Position numbers and translations under genes: made by a program
The notes under the pieces: generated by a model
The model's input: only the letters and a program-made list of their open reading frames with translations
What the model was told of the DNA's origin: nothing
Databases searched by the model: none
Shown: positions 1 through 10,400 of the stretch, one piece after another
How the letters are laid out: every line of letters starts with the position of its first letter
How positions within the stretch are numbered: the first letter of the stretch is position 1
NCBI GenBank assembly: GCA_016839945.1
Contig: JAEOTE010000025.1
Location: 12,517 to 76,516 of the forward strand
DNA from: Candidatus Heimdallarchaeota archaeon
GTDB taxonomy: Archaea > Asgardarchaeota > Heimdallarchaeia > Heimdallarchaeales > Heimdallarchaeaceae
Direction of reading: 5' to 3'
DNA: 64,000 bases

Positions 1-1
1 C

Positions 2-178
2 AAAACTCTGGAAAACATTTCTGACAAAGTAGAGCTTCTACAATGGTACGTTAAAAAATTCCCTCGAGACGCTAAATTTCTTTTTGGGTGGAACCCAAAA
101 TTGGATGATCCAGAAAAAACTGACCTTACTCATTTTGCAAGTCTTATAGAGATAATCCAATTTCACCCAAAAACGTGA
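2..178 (+). CDS. 3' end of a CDS truncated by the window edge; possibly a deazaflavin (F420)-dependent nitroreductase-family protein
   Basis: Frame 2 is open from the edge to TGA at 176-178: KTLENISDKVELLQWYVKKFPRDAKFLFGWNPKLDDPEKTDLTHFASLIEIIQFHPKT. Family guess rests on the FGW-x-P-xx-DDP tail only. Confidence 0.5.
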   Translation, partial: KTLENISDKVELLQWYVKKFPRDAKFLFGWNPKLDDPEKTDLTHFASLIEIIQFHPKT

Positions 179-240
179 TTTTTTCTTAAATTGATAATAA
201 AGAAAACTTATATCTCTTAAGTATATGATATAAAATTAAC

Positions 241-2160
241 TTGAACACATCATCTACATCATATAAAGGTTATAGAGGACAATCACTAGTAATAAATCTT
301 AGTGAGAATACAGTAAAGAAGATTTCTTCTGACAAAGATATGATTGAGAAGTATTTGGGAGGAAGAGGTTGGGCAATCAAATACCTTTTTGACAATTTGA
401 AACAAGGTATAGATCCATTAGAACAAGAAAATATTCTAGTAATAAGCTTAGGACCTTTAACTGGAACATTGGCACCATCAACTGCTAGATATACAATAGC
501 GTCTAAATCTCCTCTAACTGGAGGAATAGGGTATGCAAATGCTGGAGGGCATTTTGCTCCAGAATTAGCATATGCAGGATATGATGCTATTTTTATCCAT
601 GGAAAATCAAAGAATCCTGTATATCTATTCATAGAGGATGATCGTGTTGTATTGAAAGATGCAAAGCATCTATGGGGAAAAGATACATGGGAAACTGATG
701 AATTAATTAAAAAAGAATTAGAGAATGAAAATTTTCAGATCTTAAGTATTGGACAGGGAGGTGAGAATCTAGTACGATATTCTGCTATAATGAACAATCT
801 TTCACGAGCTGCAGCGAGAACTGGAGTAGGAGCAGTAATGGGCTCAAAGAATCTAAAAGCAATTGCTGTTAGGGGAACAGGAAGTGTTGAAGTAGCAGAA
901 CCTGAAAAATTCAACAAACTAATTGATGTAACACTTGAAAAGATATATGATGATCCTGCATATCCAAGTTTATCATTTTATGGGACACCCTTCCTAGTTG
1001 ACTTATCATTCATTAGTGGAGGTCTTGCTACTAACAATAATCAAAGAGGGAATTTTGATAAGTATGAAGAAATCTCTGCAGAAACATTCGAAGAAAATTA
1101 TAAGGTGAAATCAGAAAGCTGCTTCGCTTGCCCAATTCATTGTGGAAAATATTCAAAGATTGAAACAGGAAAATATGCTGGAACTAAAGGAGGGAGTCCA
1201 GAATATGAAACAATTGTATGTTTAGGTTCCAAATGTGGAATAGGTAATTTAGAAGCTATATTACATGCAAACGAGCTATGTAATAGATTCGGACTTGATA
1301 CTATCTCATTGGGAGACACAGTAGCCTTTGCAATGGAAGCATATGAGAAAGGTGCGTTATCATCAGCTGACACTGATGGCATTGAATTAAGCTGGGGAAA
1401 TGAAGATGCTCTAATCAAACTAATTAAGAAAATAGCATTCAGAGATGGCTTTGGCGATTTATTAGCTGAGGGTGTTAAAAGGGTTTCAGAAAAGATTGGA
1501 AAGGGTTCAGAGAAATATGCTCTCCACATTAAAGGGATGGAACCTCCTGCATATGATGTTAGAACTGCAAAAGCATTTGGTTTAGGTTGGGCCACCGCAA
1601 CAAGAGGTGCTGACCACCTCGCAGCTTTACCCAATTTCGAATTACTCGGGTATGAGCCAGAAAAAGGTCAGAGCTGGTTTGGCTCTGAAAAAACTGTGGA
1701 TCCATTTGCTTGGGAAGGAAAATCCCGCATGGTAGTTTGGCATGAAAATTTAGGAGCTATTGTAGATTCTGCTGAAATGTGCAAGTATACTTGCTTTTCT
1801 GCATATGCCGTCAAAGAAGATGATATGGCCCAATTCATACAATATGCGACTGGAAAGAAAATAACTGGTGAGGATATACTTGAAATTGGAGAACGAATTT
1901 TTAATTTGGAGAGGCTTTTTAATCTAAGAGAAGGAATTGGTGCGGAAGAAGATAGGTTGCCTGATCGTTTTACAAAGGAACCATTTACTGAAGGACCAGC
2001 AAAAGGACAAATAGTTGAACTAGATAAAATGCTACCTGAGTACTATGCAATCCGCAATTGGGATTATAAAACTGGTTTCCCAAAAGAAGAAAACTTAACG
2101 ATACTTGGGCTCTTAGATTCAGCTCTGAAATACGATTTAGTTTCTAAAAAGGAGGGATAA
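241..2160 (+). CDS. aor: Tungsten-dependent aldehyde:ferredoxin oxidoreductase family protein
   Basis: LGGRG, KSPLTG, GGHFAPEL, GAVMGSKNLKAIAV, CFACPIHC, EYET, GLDTIS and RGADHL motifs; 639 aa; TTG start. Confidence 0.95.
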   Translation: MNTSSTSYKGYRGQSLVINLSENTVKKISSDKDMIEKYLGGRGWAIKYLFDNLKQGIDPLEQENILVISLGPLTGTLAPSTARYTIASKSPLTGGIGYANAGGHFAPELAYAGYDAIFIHGKSKNPVYLFIEDDRVVLKDAKHLWGKDTWETDELIKKELENENFQILSIGQGGENLVRYSAIMNNLSRAAARTGVGAVMGSKNLKAIAVRGTGSVEVAEPEKFNKLIDVTLEKIYDDPAYPSLSFYGTPFLVDLSFISGGLATNNNQRGNFDKYEEISAETFEENYKVKSESCFACPIHCGKYSKIETGKYAGTKGGSPEYETIVCLGSKCGIGNLEAILHANELCNRFGLDTISLGDTVAFAMEAYEKGALSSADTDGIELSWGNEDALIKLIKKIAFRDGFGDLLAEGVKRVSEKIGKGSEKYALHIKGMEPPAYDVRTAKAFGLGWATATRGADHLAALPNFELLGYEPEKGQSWFGSEKTVDPFAWEGKSRMVVWHENLGAIVDSAEMCKYTCFSAYAVKEDDMAQFIQYATGKKITGEDILEIGERIFNLERLFNLREGIGAEEDRLPDRFTKEPFTEGPAKGQIVELDKMLPEYYAIRNWDYKTGFPKEENLTILGLLDSALKYDLVSKKEG

Positions 2161-2161
2161 C

Positions 2162-2656
2162 ATGTCGAGACAACCAGTTAAGCGGATTCAAATTCAGAAA
2201 GAAAAATGTAATGGATGTAGGATATGTGAATTACGTTGTTCGTTCCATCATGATTTAGTTTATTCTCCCACAATCTCTAGAATAAATGTTTACAAAGAAG
2301 AAATAGAAGGAATAACAATTCCTAAAACTTGTGTGATTTGTGGGAAATGTATAGAATCTTGCCCAGAAGCAGCTATAAGCAAAAATGAAATGACTGGAGC
2401 TATAGAAATTAATGAAGAAAAATGTACTGGTTGTCAGGAATGTGTTTTAGCTTGCCCTTATGGAGTGATGAAAATTCATCCAATAAGGAATGTGGCAATG
2501 ACGTGTGATCTTTGTTCTGGAAATCCTCAATGTGTTAAATACTGTCCAGAGGAAGCTTTGCACTACATGACATCAAAAGATTTCTTAGCTTATAAACAAA
2601 AAGAAAAAGAAGACAAAGAATCAGGTAAAATAAAGAAACCTCCAGCTGTTCAATAA
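2162..2656 (+). CDS. 4Fe-4S dicluster ferredoxin-like electron-transfer subunit
   Basis: CxxCxxCxxxC clusters (CNGCRICELRC, CVICGKCIESCP, CTGCQECVLACP, CDLC..PQCVKYCP); starts 1 bp after the aor stop. Confidence 0.92.
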   Translation: MSRQPVKRIQIQKEKCNGCRICELRCSFHHDLVYSPTISRINVYKEEIEGITIPKTCVICGKCIESCPEAAISKNEMTGAIEINEEKCTGCQECVLACPYGVMKIHPIRNVAMTCDLCSGNPQCVKYCPEEALHYMTSKDFLAYKQKEKEDKESGKIKKPPAVQ

Positions 2657-2693
2657 GAAATACCTATTAAAACAAAATTAATTTATAAAATTA

Positions 2694-2972
2694 CTATCCT
2701 CCTGCTATTGCAGGCATTATGACTACCATATCTCCTTCTTTTAGTTCTGTTTGAAAACCATTTAGAATATGTATGTTTCTTCCATTTACTAAAATTCTGT
2801 ATATTTTTCTAAACTTACCTTCTTCGTCATACAATTCTTGTTTTAATGCAGTGCCATATTTGTCTATTAGTTGTTCTAATAGATTTTCAATACTATTTGT
2901 TTCCATTGAGAATAACTTTTCCCCTATAATATGCTTAATGTTCGAGAATGTAAGCACTCTGACACTTGCCAT
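2694..2972 (-). CDS. moaD: MoaD/ThiS-family ubiquitin-like sulfur carrier (SAMP-like)
   Basis: 92 aa, ILVNGRNI..L.G..T.LKEGD, C-terminal PAIAGG di-glycine; adjacent to aor. Confidence 0.9.
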   Translation of the reverse strand: MASVRVLTFSNIKHIIGEKLFSMETNSIENLLEQLIDKYGTALKQELYDEEGKFRKIYRILVNGRNIHILNGFQTELKEGDMVVIMPAIAGG

Positions 2973-3048
2973 TATCTTCTCATTGACTTAGATATTCATA
3001 TATATTCTGTTAATTTTAAAAATCAAAAATAAATTTATTGGAAAAATT

Positions 3049-4992
3049 CTAGAATTTACTCGGAAAAATCATTTTAGATAATTCATCTAACATTGTTCTA
3101 GATGCTGGAGTTATGGTTTTTGATGTTTTAAGAACACTATTCAGATCATTCCATACTGATGTTGAAGTACTTATTATTTTAGTAAAAGCTTCTAATTTCT
3201 GTAGAGCAGAATAACTTTGACCTTTTATGACATAACTGAAAAGAAACTTCTGTTTTGGTTTGAGGAGCAAGGTGTACTCCTGATGTTTTATTCTTTCTAT
3301 AGATCCTTCAGAAGAGAATGTTTCTCTACTGAATGAAATAATAGCTGCTAAGAAACCTCCTATTAGTATTCCATCAAGTTCACTCCCTTCCAAATAATTC
3401 TTAGTGAATAGAGGGGTTCCACTTTCTGCTAATATTAAAAGCATAATTGGTTCTTCATTAGTAATTTCAGGAATGTCCACTTCTCTTCTTTTCATCTGTT
3501 TTATAACAAGTTCTCCTAATTGAGCAAACTCTAAACGGTCTTTAAGACTTGCATTTTTTGAAATTAACTCCTCCCATTCACTCAATTGGTTTAGAAGTTC
3601 ATCATGATCACTAGATATATTCATCGCAAGTCTTCGTAATCCTTTCTTTTCTGCAATAGATTGTGCATTAGAAAGCAATTCTCTAGCCTTGTTCAAGTCT
3701 AAATCTATTAGAGCTAATTGACTCTTAAACCAGTTTATTTTAGCAAGCAAATCATAGGATTGTTGTTGTTTTGCTATTTCATCCAAACTACTTACTATTG
3801 GTTTAACTATCTCTAGTACCTCTTTTTCTCCTGTAATTTTTAATTCTTCCAGAAGTAATTCACACAAATTTAGTAATGATAGAACTGTAAGAGAATGATC
3901 AACGATTTCTTCTTCAATTATTTCACGAAGTAATTCCTGGGCTTGAACTTTATCTCTCATTCTATTACTAGTCTTTAGTATCATTGCTTCTGCTAATCTA
4001 TATACCTGAAAAGTTATTTTATCTGTATCTAAACTGTTTATTTGTTTTAGCCGATTAAAATATCTCTCTGCTCTTCTATTCTCTTTTGCGTCAAGTGATA
4101 CAGAAATTAAATAATAAAGATTTAGTGCAATTTCTTGTTTATTTCCAATTTCCTCTCTAAGATTAAGAGCCTTTTTGAAATAATAAACTGCTGTATCAAA
4201 ATCTCCTTTTTGTTGATAAATCTCTCCAATATTGCATAGTGATAATGAAATGAATTGGTTATTCTCAAATTCTTCCCAGTAGCTTAAACTCTTTTTATAA
4301 TTTTCTAATGCTTTTTCCAACTCCCCTTGTAATCGATAGACATTACCTATGTTATTTAGTGAAGTTGCTATATCATCTTTGTTTCCAATTTCATAACAAA
4401 GTTTGGAACTATTTTCATAATATTCTAGCGCTTTGTGTAATTCTCCCTTTGTTTTGAACAAGACCCCCAAGTTATTCATAATTGTACTTATTTCTTTCTT
4501 ATCTCCAATTCTTTTCCATAAATCCAAACTTCTTTTGTACAGCTTCTGTGCCTTACCTAATTCTCCTTTTGAATGATAAACAACTCCTTGTAATCGCAAA
4601 ACAATGGCTTCTTTATATTTCAAGTTAGATTTTTTTTGTTGTTTTAATTTTGCAAAAAACTTATCATTGTCTGATATGACACTTAAAGATTTGTCAAACT
4701 CTCCTAGTCGCCAGAAAGAATGTGCAATTTCAATAACTGCATCAGTTCCTAAAAGATGATTTTTTCTGCTACGACACTCTTTTAATGCTACTTCAGCAAG
4801 TCCAAGAGCTTTCTCATATTTACCTAGTTTGTTAAGTATGCTGCTTTTCAGAATTTTGCAGTTCAATTGCTCTTTAGTACTTAACTTCTTTCCTTTTTCG
4901 ATAGTTCCCACTACTTGAAGTGCTTTGTTGTATTTGCCTTCAAGAACCAATTGTTCAGCTCTTTCAAGCTCTTGGGAACTTAAGGAAGACAA
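3049..4992 (-). CDS. Tetratricopeptide-repeat protein with C-terminal longin-like domain
   Basis: Repeated NNLG/NNIG..Y..GE...AL TPR units; C-terminal ILAESGTPLF...LIGGFLAAIISFSRE longin-like pattern. Confidence 0.8.
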   Translation of the reverse strand: MSSLSSQELERAEQLVLEGKYNKALQVVGTIEKGKKLSTKEQLNCKILKSSILNKLGKYEKALGLAEVALKECRSRKNHLLGTDAVIEIAHSFWRLGEFDKSLSVISDNDKFFAKLKQQKKSNLKYKEAIVLRLQGVVYHSKGELGKAQKLYKRSLDLWKRIGDKKEISTIMNNLGVLFKTKGELHKALEYYENSSKLCYEIGNKDDIATSLNNIGNVYRLQGELEKALENYKKSLSYWEEFENNQFISLSLCNIGEIYQQKGDFDTAVYYFKKALNLREEIGNKQEIALNLYYLISVSLDAKENRRAERYFNRLKQINSLDTDKITFQVYRLAEAMILKTSNRMRDKVQAQELLREIIEEEIVDHSLTVLSLLNLCELLLEELKITGEKEVLEIVKPIVSSLDEIAKQQQSYDLLAKINWFKSQLALIDLDLNKARELLSNAQSIAEKKGLRRLAMNISSDHDELLNQLSEWEELISKNASLKDRLEFAQLGELVIKQMKRREVDIPEITNEEPIMLLILAESGTPLFTKNYLEGSELDGILIGGFLAAIISFSRETFSSEGSIERIKHQEYTLLLKPKQKFLFSYVIKGQSYSALQKLEAFTKIISTSTSVWNDLNSVLKTSKTITPASRTMLDELSKMIFPSKF

Positions 4993-5084
4993 CAGTTTGA
5001 CCCCAATATAAAAAATATCAAAATAATATTAATAACATTCCGTCAGAGGTAAGTTTCAAAAAATTAAGAATTCATGATTTACAG

Positions 5085-5939
5085 TCATTCCAGATTACAG
5101 AGTCTTTTGCTTAGTTCCCATAATTCTTGTTGAAATTCTTTATTCTGAGATATTCCATTAGTTTCTGTTTGTTTTTTATTGACAAAATGTCTCCCACTTA
5201 TTCCCTCAACTTCTGGTGAAGAAGCAAGATATATGGGTGTTTCTGATCCTTTTTCAGGTGTTTTAGCAAAAATTCCAAACAGAGGATAAAATATCTTGTA
5301 CATTTTATTATTCAATCCTATGTTGGTTTTGGTAAAACCTGGATGAGTAGAATTTATAGTTACATCAGTTCCCTTTAATCTCTCAGATAGAAAATTTGAG
5401 ATCATTATTCCATATAATTTTGATTCTGCGTAAGCAATAAAACCTCTGAATTTCCTTTTCTCGAAGTTATAATCTTGTAAATTCTTTCTTGCTTGCTTAT
5501 ATATATCCGAAGAAATAATAACAATTCTTGAAGGAGAGCTATCTTTGATCACTTCAAGAAGTAAGTTTAGTAGTAGAAAAGAACCAAGATAATTTACTGC
5601 AAACATGGATTCTATTCCATCTTCTGTTCTCTGAAGATTGAGGTTAAAAATGCCGTGGTTAATAATGAGAACATCCAATCTTTTGTACATCGATTTGTAG
5701 TTTTCTGCAAATTTATTTATGGATTTTCTGGAAACAAAGTCGCAAATCATTAGATCAATTGAGTTATTGCCTGTAACTTTTTTGATCTCTTCAAGTGCTT
5801 TCTTTCCTTTTTCTTTATTCCGGCAAACCATTACAACATGAGCATTCATTTCTGCTAGTTTATGTGAAGTAGCTTTTCCTATACCTGAATTTGCACCAGT
5901 AATAACACAAATTTTCCCTTGCATGGTAATAGACCTCAT
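5085..5939 (-). CDS. Short-chain dehydrogenase/reductase (retinol-dehydrogenase-like)
   Basis: ITGANSGIG, FAVNYLG, catalytic YAESK, HPG. Confidence 0.92.
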   Translation of the reverse strand: MRSITMQGKICVITGANSGIGKATSHKLAEMNAHVVMVCRNKEKGKKALEEIKKVTGNNSIDLMICDFVSRKSINKFAENYKSMYKRLDVLIINHGIFNLNLQRTEDGIESMFAVNYLGSFLLLNLLLEVIKDSSPSRIVIISSDIYKQARKNLQDYNFEKRKFRGFIAYAESKLYGIMISNFLSERLKGTDVTINSTHPGFTKTNIGLNNKMYKIFYPLFGIFAKTPEKGSETPIYLASSPEVEGISGRHFVNKKQTETNGISQNKEFQQELWELSKRLCNLE

Positions 5940-6006
5940 ATGATATAATTTTCTTATACTTTAACTAATTTTCGTAGGATTTGTAGATTATATATTATTT
6001 TATAAT

Positions 6007-6255
6007 TTAGTATGTAGGAAATTTCTCGCGTAGTTTAGACATTGCTTCATTAATGGGAAAATCCTTCAATTCCTTAGCAGCATCGTAATGGTCAACACAA
6101 AACCATTCAGCATATGGAGGATGTCCTACTAATCCTTCCTTTCGCATAGCACTCTCCCATTTTTCATCACTTTTTCTTTTCTTAAAATAAATTAGTCCAC
6201 CTTCATCTGAGTCCAAGAATTCTTTATAACAGATAGCACATATTGGTGGTTTCAT
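6007..6255 (-). CDS. Small hypothetical protein with a putative Zn site
   Basis: 82 aa, CAIC ... WFCVDH ligand pattern. Confidence 0.7.
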   Translation of the reverse strand: MKPPICAICYKEFLDSDEGGLIYFKKRKSDEKWESAMRKEGLVGHPPYAEWFCVDHYDAAKELKDFPINEAMSKLREKFPTY

Positions 6256-6304
6256 GCTTTTTCATTAGTTCTTATTTATTATAAAAGTCTATGGAACAAT
6301 GCAT

Positions 6305-7189
6305 CTATTCTAATCGCGAAATTCTTCTTATTAATGTCATTGTTTCAGTTGCCATCAATCTATTGTTTGAATCTTCATCACTTCTGGCAATTTCACCAAG
6401 TGGTTCTATTGCTCTTGCATCCTTGAGTTCAGCGAGATTACTTATAGCTTGATATCTAACTTTTGCATTTCTATCTTCTAACGCTTTTAGATTTATATCA
6501 AAAAGCTTGACATCCTCTATTTCTGCCTTTTTAATGATTTTATTTAATTCATTAAGAGCTTGATATCTTATCTCCCAATCCTTGTCATTGGAAGCCTTTT
6601 CTAGATGTGGAACAGGATTACCTTCAACACGTGATGTAAGGAATTCTACAACTACTTCTCTTACTAATTTATTATAATCCAGAACATATCCAGCGACAAG
6701 AGATGTGGGTACCTTAACTTGGAAATTTAATAGGGTACTCTTAGCTTCTTCTCTTACTGACTCAGTATCATCTCTTAATGATTCAAATAATGGTTCGATA
6801 ATGCTAGGACTTGTAAAATCCTTCAACGCTTTTGCTGAAGAATATCGTACTTGTGGATGACTGTCTCTTAAAGATGCTATAATAAAATTCACTGTTTCTG
6901 GATTATTTTGTTTTCCAAAAGATTCTATAGCTGAATTCCTAACTTCCCAAGAACTGTCTTCTAGAGCATGTGTTAGTGCTATAAGTGCTTGTCTGTCGTT
7001 TATGTCACCCAATATATCAGCGGCATAGCTACGAACATCTTTGTCATTATCTTGCAATGATTTGATGATTATATCTAAAGCTTCTTGATTATCCTTAAAT
7101 GGAATAAGTTTTTCCAAAGCTAGCTGACGAAGAGCGGGGTCCTCATTACTTAACATTTTAACAATTTCAGATATCTCTTCATTTACCAT
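6305..7189 (-). CDS. HEAT-repeat (PBS lyase-like) protein
   Basis: Repeated L.D....VR..AA..LG units. Confidence 0.9.
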   Translation of the reverse strand: MVNEEISEIVKMLSNEDPALRQLALEKLIPFKDNQEALDIIIKSLQDNDKDVRSYAADILGDINDRQALIALTHALEDSSWEVRNSAIESFGKQNNPETVNFIIASLRDSHPQVRYSSAKALKDFTSPSIIEPLFESLRDDTESVREEAKSTLLNFQVKVPTSLVAGYVLDYNKLVREVVVEFLTSRVEGNPVPHLEKASNDKDWEIRYQALNELNKIIKKAEIEDVKLFDINLKALEDRNAKVRYQAISNLAELKDARAIEPLGEIARSDEDSNNRLMATETMTLIRRISRLE

Positions 7190-7391
7190 TTGATAATCTT
7201 CCGTAAATTTTCTGATTTCTATTAAAGTTTATCGTCTGTTAATTTAAAAATAGTGAAATCAGTTAAAATATCCATTTCTTTGAAATAGTAGTAAAATCAA
7301 ACAAAGCAATTACAAAATCTTAAATAACTTGCGTCTCTCTCTAATTACATTTAGCATTAGCAATGCTACAACAATCACAATACTGGTAACT

Positions 7392-8741
7392 ATGTTAACA
7401 ACACGGCAGAAAATATCTTATGGGATTTGTAGATTAGGGACTTCACTTCTTCTAAATGTAGTTACAGTGTTTACTTTTTGGGCATACAAAGATATGTTTG
7501 AAATACCCGCAGAATTGAGCGGAATTGGAAATGCTATAGGTAAAATAGCTATTGCAATCTCAGGTTTCGTTTTTGGATATTTATCAGATGTTATTGATCC
7601 ATCTAAAAGAAAACTGGGCAGAAGAAAATTTTTCATCTGGACCGGAGCTCCACTTTTAGCAATCTCATTTATTATGTTATTTACTCCCCATCTTTTTATC
7701 CCAGTAGAACAACAAACAATGAGATTTGTTTGGTTAATAATCTGGAATTCGATGTTTCATTTGTTTTACGGTTATTTATTAATGCCTTACCAAGCTTGGT
7801 ATGTTGAAATAACAAATGATGATGAAAGGATAGGTGTTTCAGCTATTCAGAATGTATCAAATTTATCTGCAAGTTTGATTGGCGCTGGTTATATCCTTTT
7901 TATATCAGATTATTATGGTGAGACAACGAAAATTGAGGGGACTTCGGGAATTTGGTTGCTAGTTTTTGCTATCGTGTTCGCAATAGTTGAAGTCGCGTTG
8001 TTTTTACCTGCACTTCTAACTATAAAGGAAAAGCCGATTAAGTTTGTAAAAAGGAATATCTGGAAAGAAGTCAAAGTTACGTTAAAAAATCGTAATTATG
8101 TAATTTATATGATTAGTTTTAGTATTATGTGGGTAGGTGTGATATACGTTACGGCTCTGCTACTGGATTTTATCCACATAATCTTAGAATTTGATACGAA
8201 TGCAGAAACGCTTCCTTTTGCTGCTGCTCTTTTTGTCTCAACAATACTAGCATATGCGTTCTGGACGCCAGTTGGTAATAAAATAGGAAAGAAAAAAGCT
8301 CTTGCTATATCATATGTCGTTTTAATCATCTGGATCCCACTTACTCCATTGATCGGAAAAATTACCTTTCTTCCTTTAGCTGTTCAAGGTTACATCTTCG
8401 GTATTGTAGCAGTATTTTTTATTGCTCCATCATTTCTATTACCATACGCCATAATAGGTGATATAGCAGATAAAGACGAAAGAGATACTTCTCTAAATAG
8501 AGCTGGACTTTATACTGGATTTAAGAACATCCCGATAAACATAGGACAAGCGATTGGATATATCATGGCTGGATTTTTGAGTGCATTACCTGATAATTTT
8601 GGTTTAACTTGGTTAGGTCCTATTTCTGTAGTTTTTCTTGTAGCAGGTTTACCAATTTTCCTTTTAGGAAATTATGATCCGTTTATGAAGAAGGTTGAAG
8701 TATCGAAAAATGAAGAAATTTTGGAAAATAAAAATAATTAG
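7392..8741 (+). CDS. MFS transporter, glycoside-pentoside-hexuronide (MelB-like) family
   Basis: About 12 hydrophobic segments, GYLSD..LGRRK, DIADKDE...RAGLYTG. Start moved from the ORF-track 7329 to ATG 7392 by alignment to the paralog at 19049-20425. Confidence 0.88.
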   Translation: MLTTRQKISYGICRLGTSLLLNVVTVFTFWAYKDMFEIPAELSGIGNAIGKIAIAISGFVFGYLSDVIDPSKRKLGRRKFFIWTGAPLLAISFIMLFTPHLFIPVEQQTMRFVWLIIWNSMFHLFYGYLLMPYQAWYVEITNDDERIGVSAIQNVSNLSASLIGAGYILFISDYYGETTKIEGTSGIWLLVFAIVFAIVEVALFLPALLTIKEKPIKFVKRNIWKEVKVTLKNRNYVIYMISFSIMWVGVIYVTALLLDFIHIILEFDTNAETLPFAAALFVSTILAYAFWTPVGNKIGKKKALAISYVVLIIWIPLTPLIGKITFLPLAVQGYIFGIVAVFFIAPSFLLPYAIIGDIADKDERDTSLNRAGLYTGFKNIPINIGQAIGYIMAGFLSALPDNFGLTWLGPISVVFLVAGLPIFLLGNYDPFMKKVEVSKNEEILENKNN

Positions 8742-8863
8742 TAGTTAAAGATACCATTCATGGCTGCTTGAGTTAGCTGCTCAATTCTTGAAGTTTCTTT
8801 AGCTACTCTTAAGGCTGTTTCTAGTTCTTTTGCTTGTTTTTGTGTTTTTACTTTGTATGACAT
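8738..8863 (-). CDS. Small hypothetical protein (41 aa), absent from the ORF track
   Basis: MSYKVKTQKQAKELETALRVAKETSRIEQLTQAAMNGIFNY*; SD-like GTGAG just upstream; stop overlaps the convergent MFS stop. Confidence 0.6.
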   Translation of the reverse strand: MSYKVKTQKQAKELETALRVAKETSRIEQLTQAAMNGIFNY

Positions 8864-9063
8864 TTTTTCTCACTATCTATAACATAAAAATCGTATTTAT
8901 TAAGCGTTTTTTTAATTAATTATATAAAACGTTAAACTTTTGTTGAGGATGAAGCAGTGTAATGATTAAAGCTAGAAAACTCTTAGTGAATAGCTTTAAC
9001 CAATGGGTTAAAGCTTGCATACTTGAGAGAAAAATATATAGGTTTCGGATATTTTTCTATCTC

Positions 9064-9870
9064 ATGGTTGGATATACTCTACTCTCTTGGAATGTAAATG
9101 GTATTAGAGCAATGTCAAAAAAGGTGATTTATCAGAGAGTTAAGTTCAACACATGGTTAAATAGAACCTCTCCTGATATGCTTTGCATTCAAGAAACTAA
9201 AGCTCATCCTGATCAACTAACATCTAAATTACTAAATCCTCAAGGATACAAGAGCTATTGGAATTCAGCTGAAAAAAAAGGTTATAGCGGTGTGGCAACA
9301 TATTCTAAAATCACACCATTAAGAGTTAATTATAAAATTGGTGAAGAGAAATTTGATAGAGAAGGAAGAATAATTGAAACGGAATATCCAGAATTTGTTC
9401 TTTTCAATGTATATTTTCCTAATGGTAAACTAAATGAAGAAAGGTTAAAATACAAACTAGAATTTTACGATTATTTCCTAGGATATATAGAAAAAGTAAG
9501 AGAGGAAGGAAAATCAATTGTTGTTTGTGGAGATGTTAACACAGCTCATACAGAAATTGATCTTACTCATCCAAAGAGTAACGAAAATGTTTCAGGGTTT
9601 CTACCGATAGAAAGAAAATGGATTGATAAGTTACTTTCCTTAGGTTATGTAGACACTTTTCGTCATTTCAATAAAGAACCTAAACACTATACTTGGTGGT
9701 CGGTAAGGAACATTGTTAAAGGTGTTACTGCTAGGGAAAGGAATGTTGGATGGAGAATAGATTATTTCTTTGTTACAGAAGATATTATCGAAAACGTTAG
9801 AGAGTCATATATGCTTCCTGAAGTGATTGGATCAGATCATTGTCCTTTAGTCCTTAAATTAGATTTTTAG
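9064..9870 (+). CDS. xth: Exodeoxyribonuclease III / AP endonuclease
   Basis: SWNVNGIRA, IQETK, GYSGVA, NVYFPNG, GDVNTAH, YTWWS, GWRIDYF, SDHCP. Start likely ATG 9064 rather than 8962. Confidence 0.96.
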   Translation: MVGYTLLSWNVNGIRAMSKKVIYQRVKFNTWLNRTSPDMLCIQETKAHPDQLTSKLLNPQGYKSYWNSAEKKGYSGVATYSKITPLRVNYKIGEEKFDREGRIIETEYPEFVLFNVYFPNGKLNEERLKYKLEFYDYFLGYIEKVREEGKSIVVCGDVNTAHTEIDLTHPKSNENVSGFLPIERKWIDKLLSLGYVDTFRHFNKEPKHYTWWSVRNIVKGVTARERNVGWRIDYFFVTEDIIENVRESYMLPEVIGSDHCPLVLKLDF

Positions 9871-9926
9871 CAATAAATTATTGAAACAAGAAAGGTTTAT
9901 TATTCTAAAAATAAATTTCTAGTATT

Positions 9927-10277
9927 ATGTATATGGTAAAATCTGGTAAATTTAAAGATTTAATGGCTACACCTTTTAGAGATTGGTTTATTAAGGAAGA
10001 AAATATTCAAAGATTAAAAAATGCTCTTCCAGAAGGAATGAAATACGTTGATACCTATGTTACTATCATGAATACTGGTGAATATGATTATGAAATCTGG
10101 TTCGAGTTAGATAACTGGGAGGTTATAGATGTGCTTCGAAACCACGATCCATGGTGGGAATTTTATGAGCAAAAAATGAAGGAAATAGGTTTATTTGATA
10201 AACAAAGACCAGACAATAAATTCCTTCGTAAATTATCAGATGTTTTAATATCTGAGCCAGATCCATCAGAAGACTAG
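9927..10277 (+). CDS. Hypothetical protein
   Basis: 116-aa ORF filling the intergenic space; no family recognised. Confidence 0.65.
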   Translation: MYMVKSGKFKDLMATPFRDWFIKEENIQRLKNALPEGMKYVDTYVTIMNTGEYDYEIWFELDNWEVIDVLRNHDPWWEFYEQKMKEIGLFDKQRPDNKFLRKLSDVLISEPDPSED

Positions 10278-10400
10278 AGTAATTAATAAAACGCTCCCAA
10301 TGATTTTCAAAATCAACAAGAAGTAATCTCAAATAAATCTGGAATTTGATTACATGTATTAGATATAAATATAAATAGAGTTCAATATACCTGCAAATAT

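Noticed and set aside
270-1634. Antisense ORFs inside aor, and similar 60-165 aa ORFs nested in other genes
   Set aside because: Fully overlap well-supported genes and show no motifs; treated as shadows.
2694-2972. Possible eukaryote-type ubiquitin linked to the proteasome genes
   Set aside because: Sequence is MoaD/SAMP-like and sits beside a tungstopterin enzyme; no E1/E2/E3 genes in the window.
8962-9063. N-terminal extension of xth in the ORF track (similar cases at 7329, 27847, 29850, 41034)
   Set aside because: Family similarity starts at downstream ATGs; the extensions look like open intergenic sequence.
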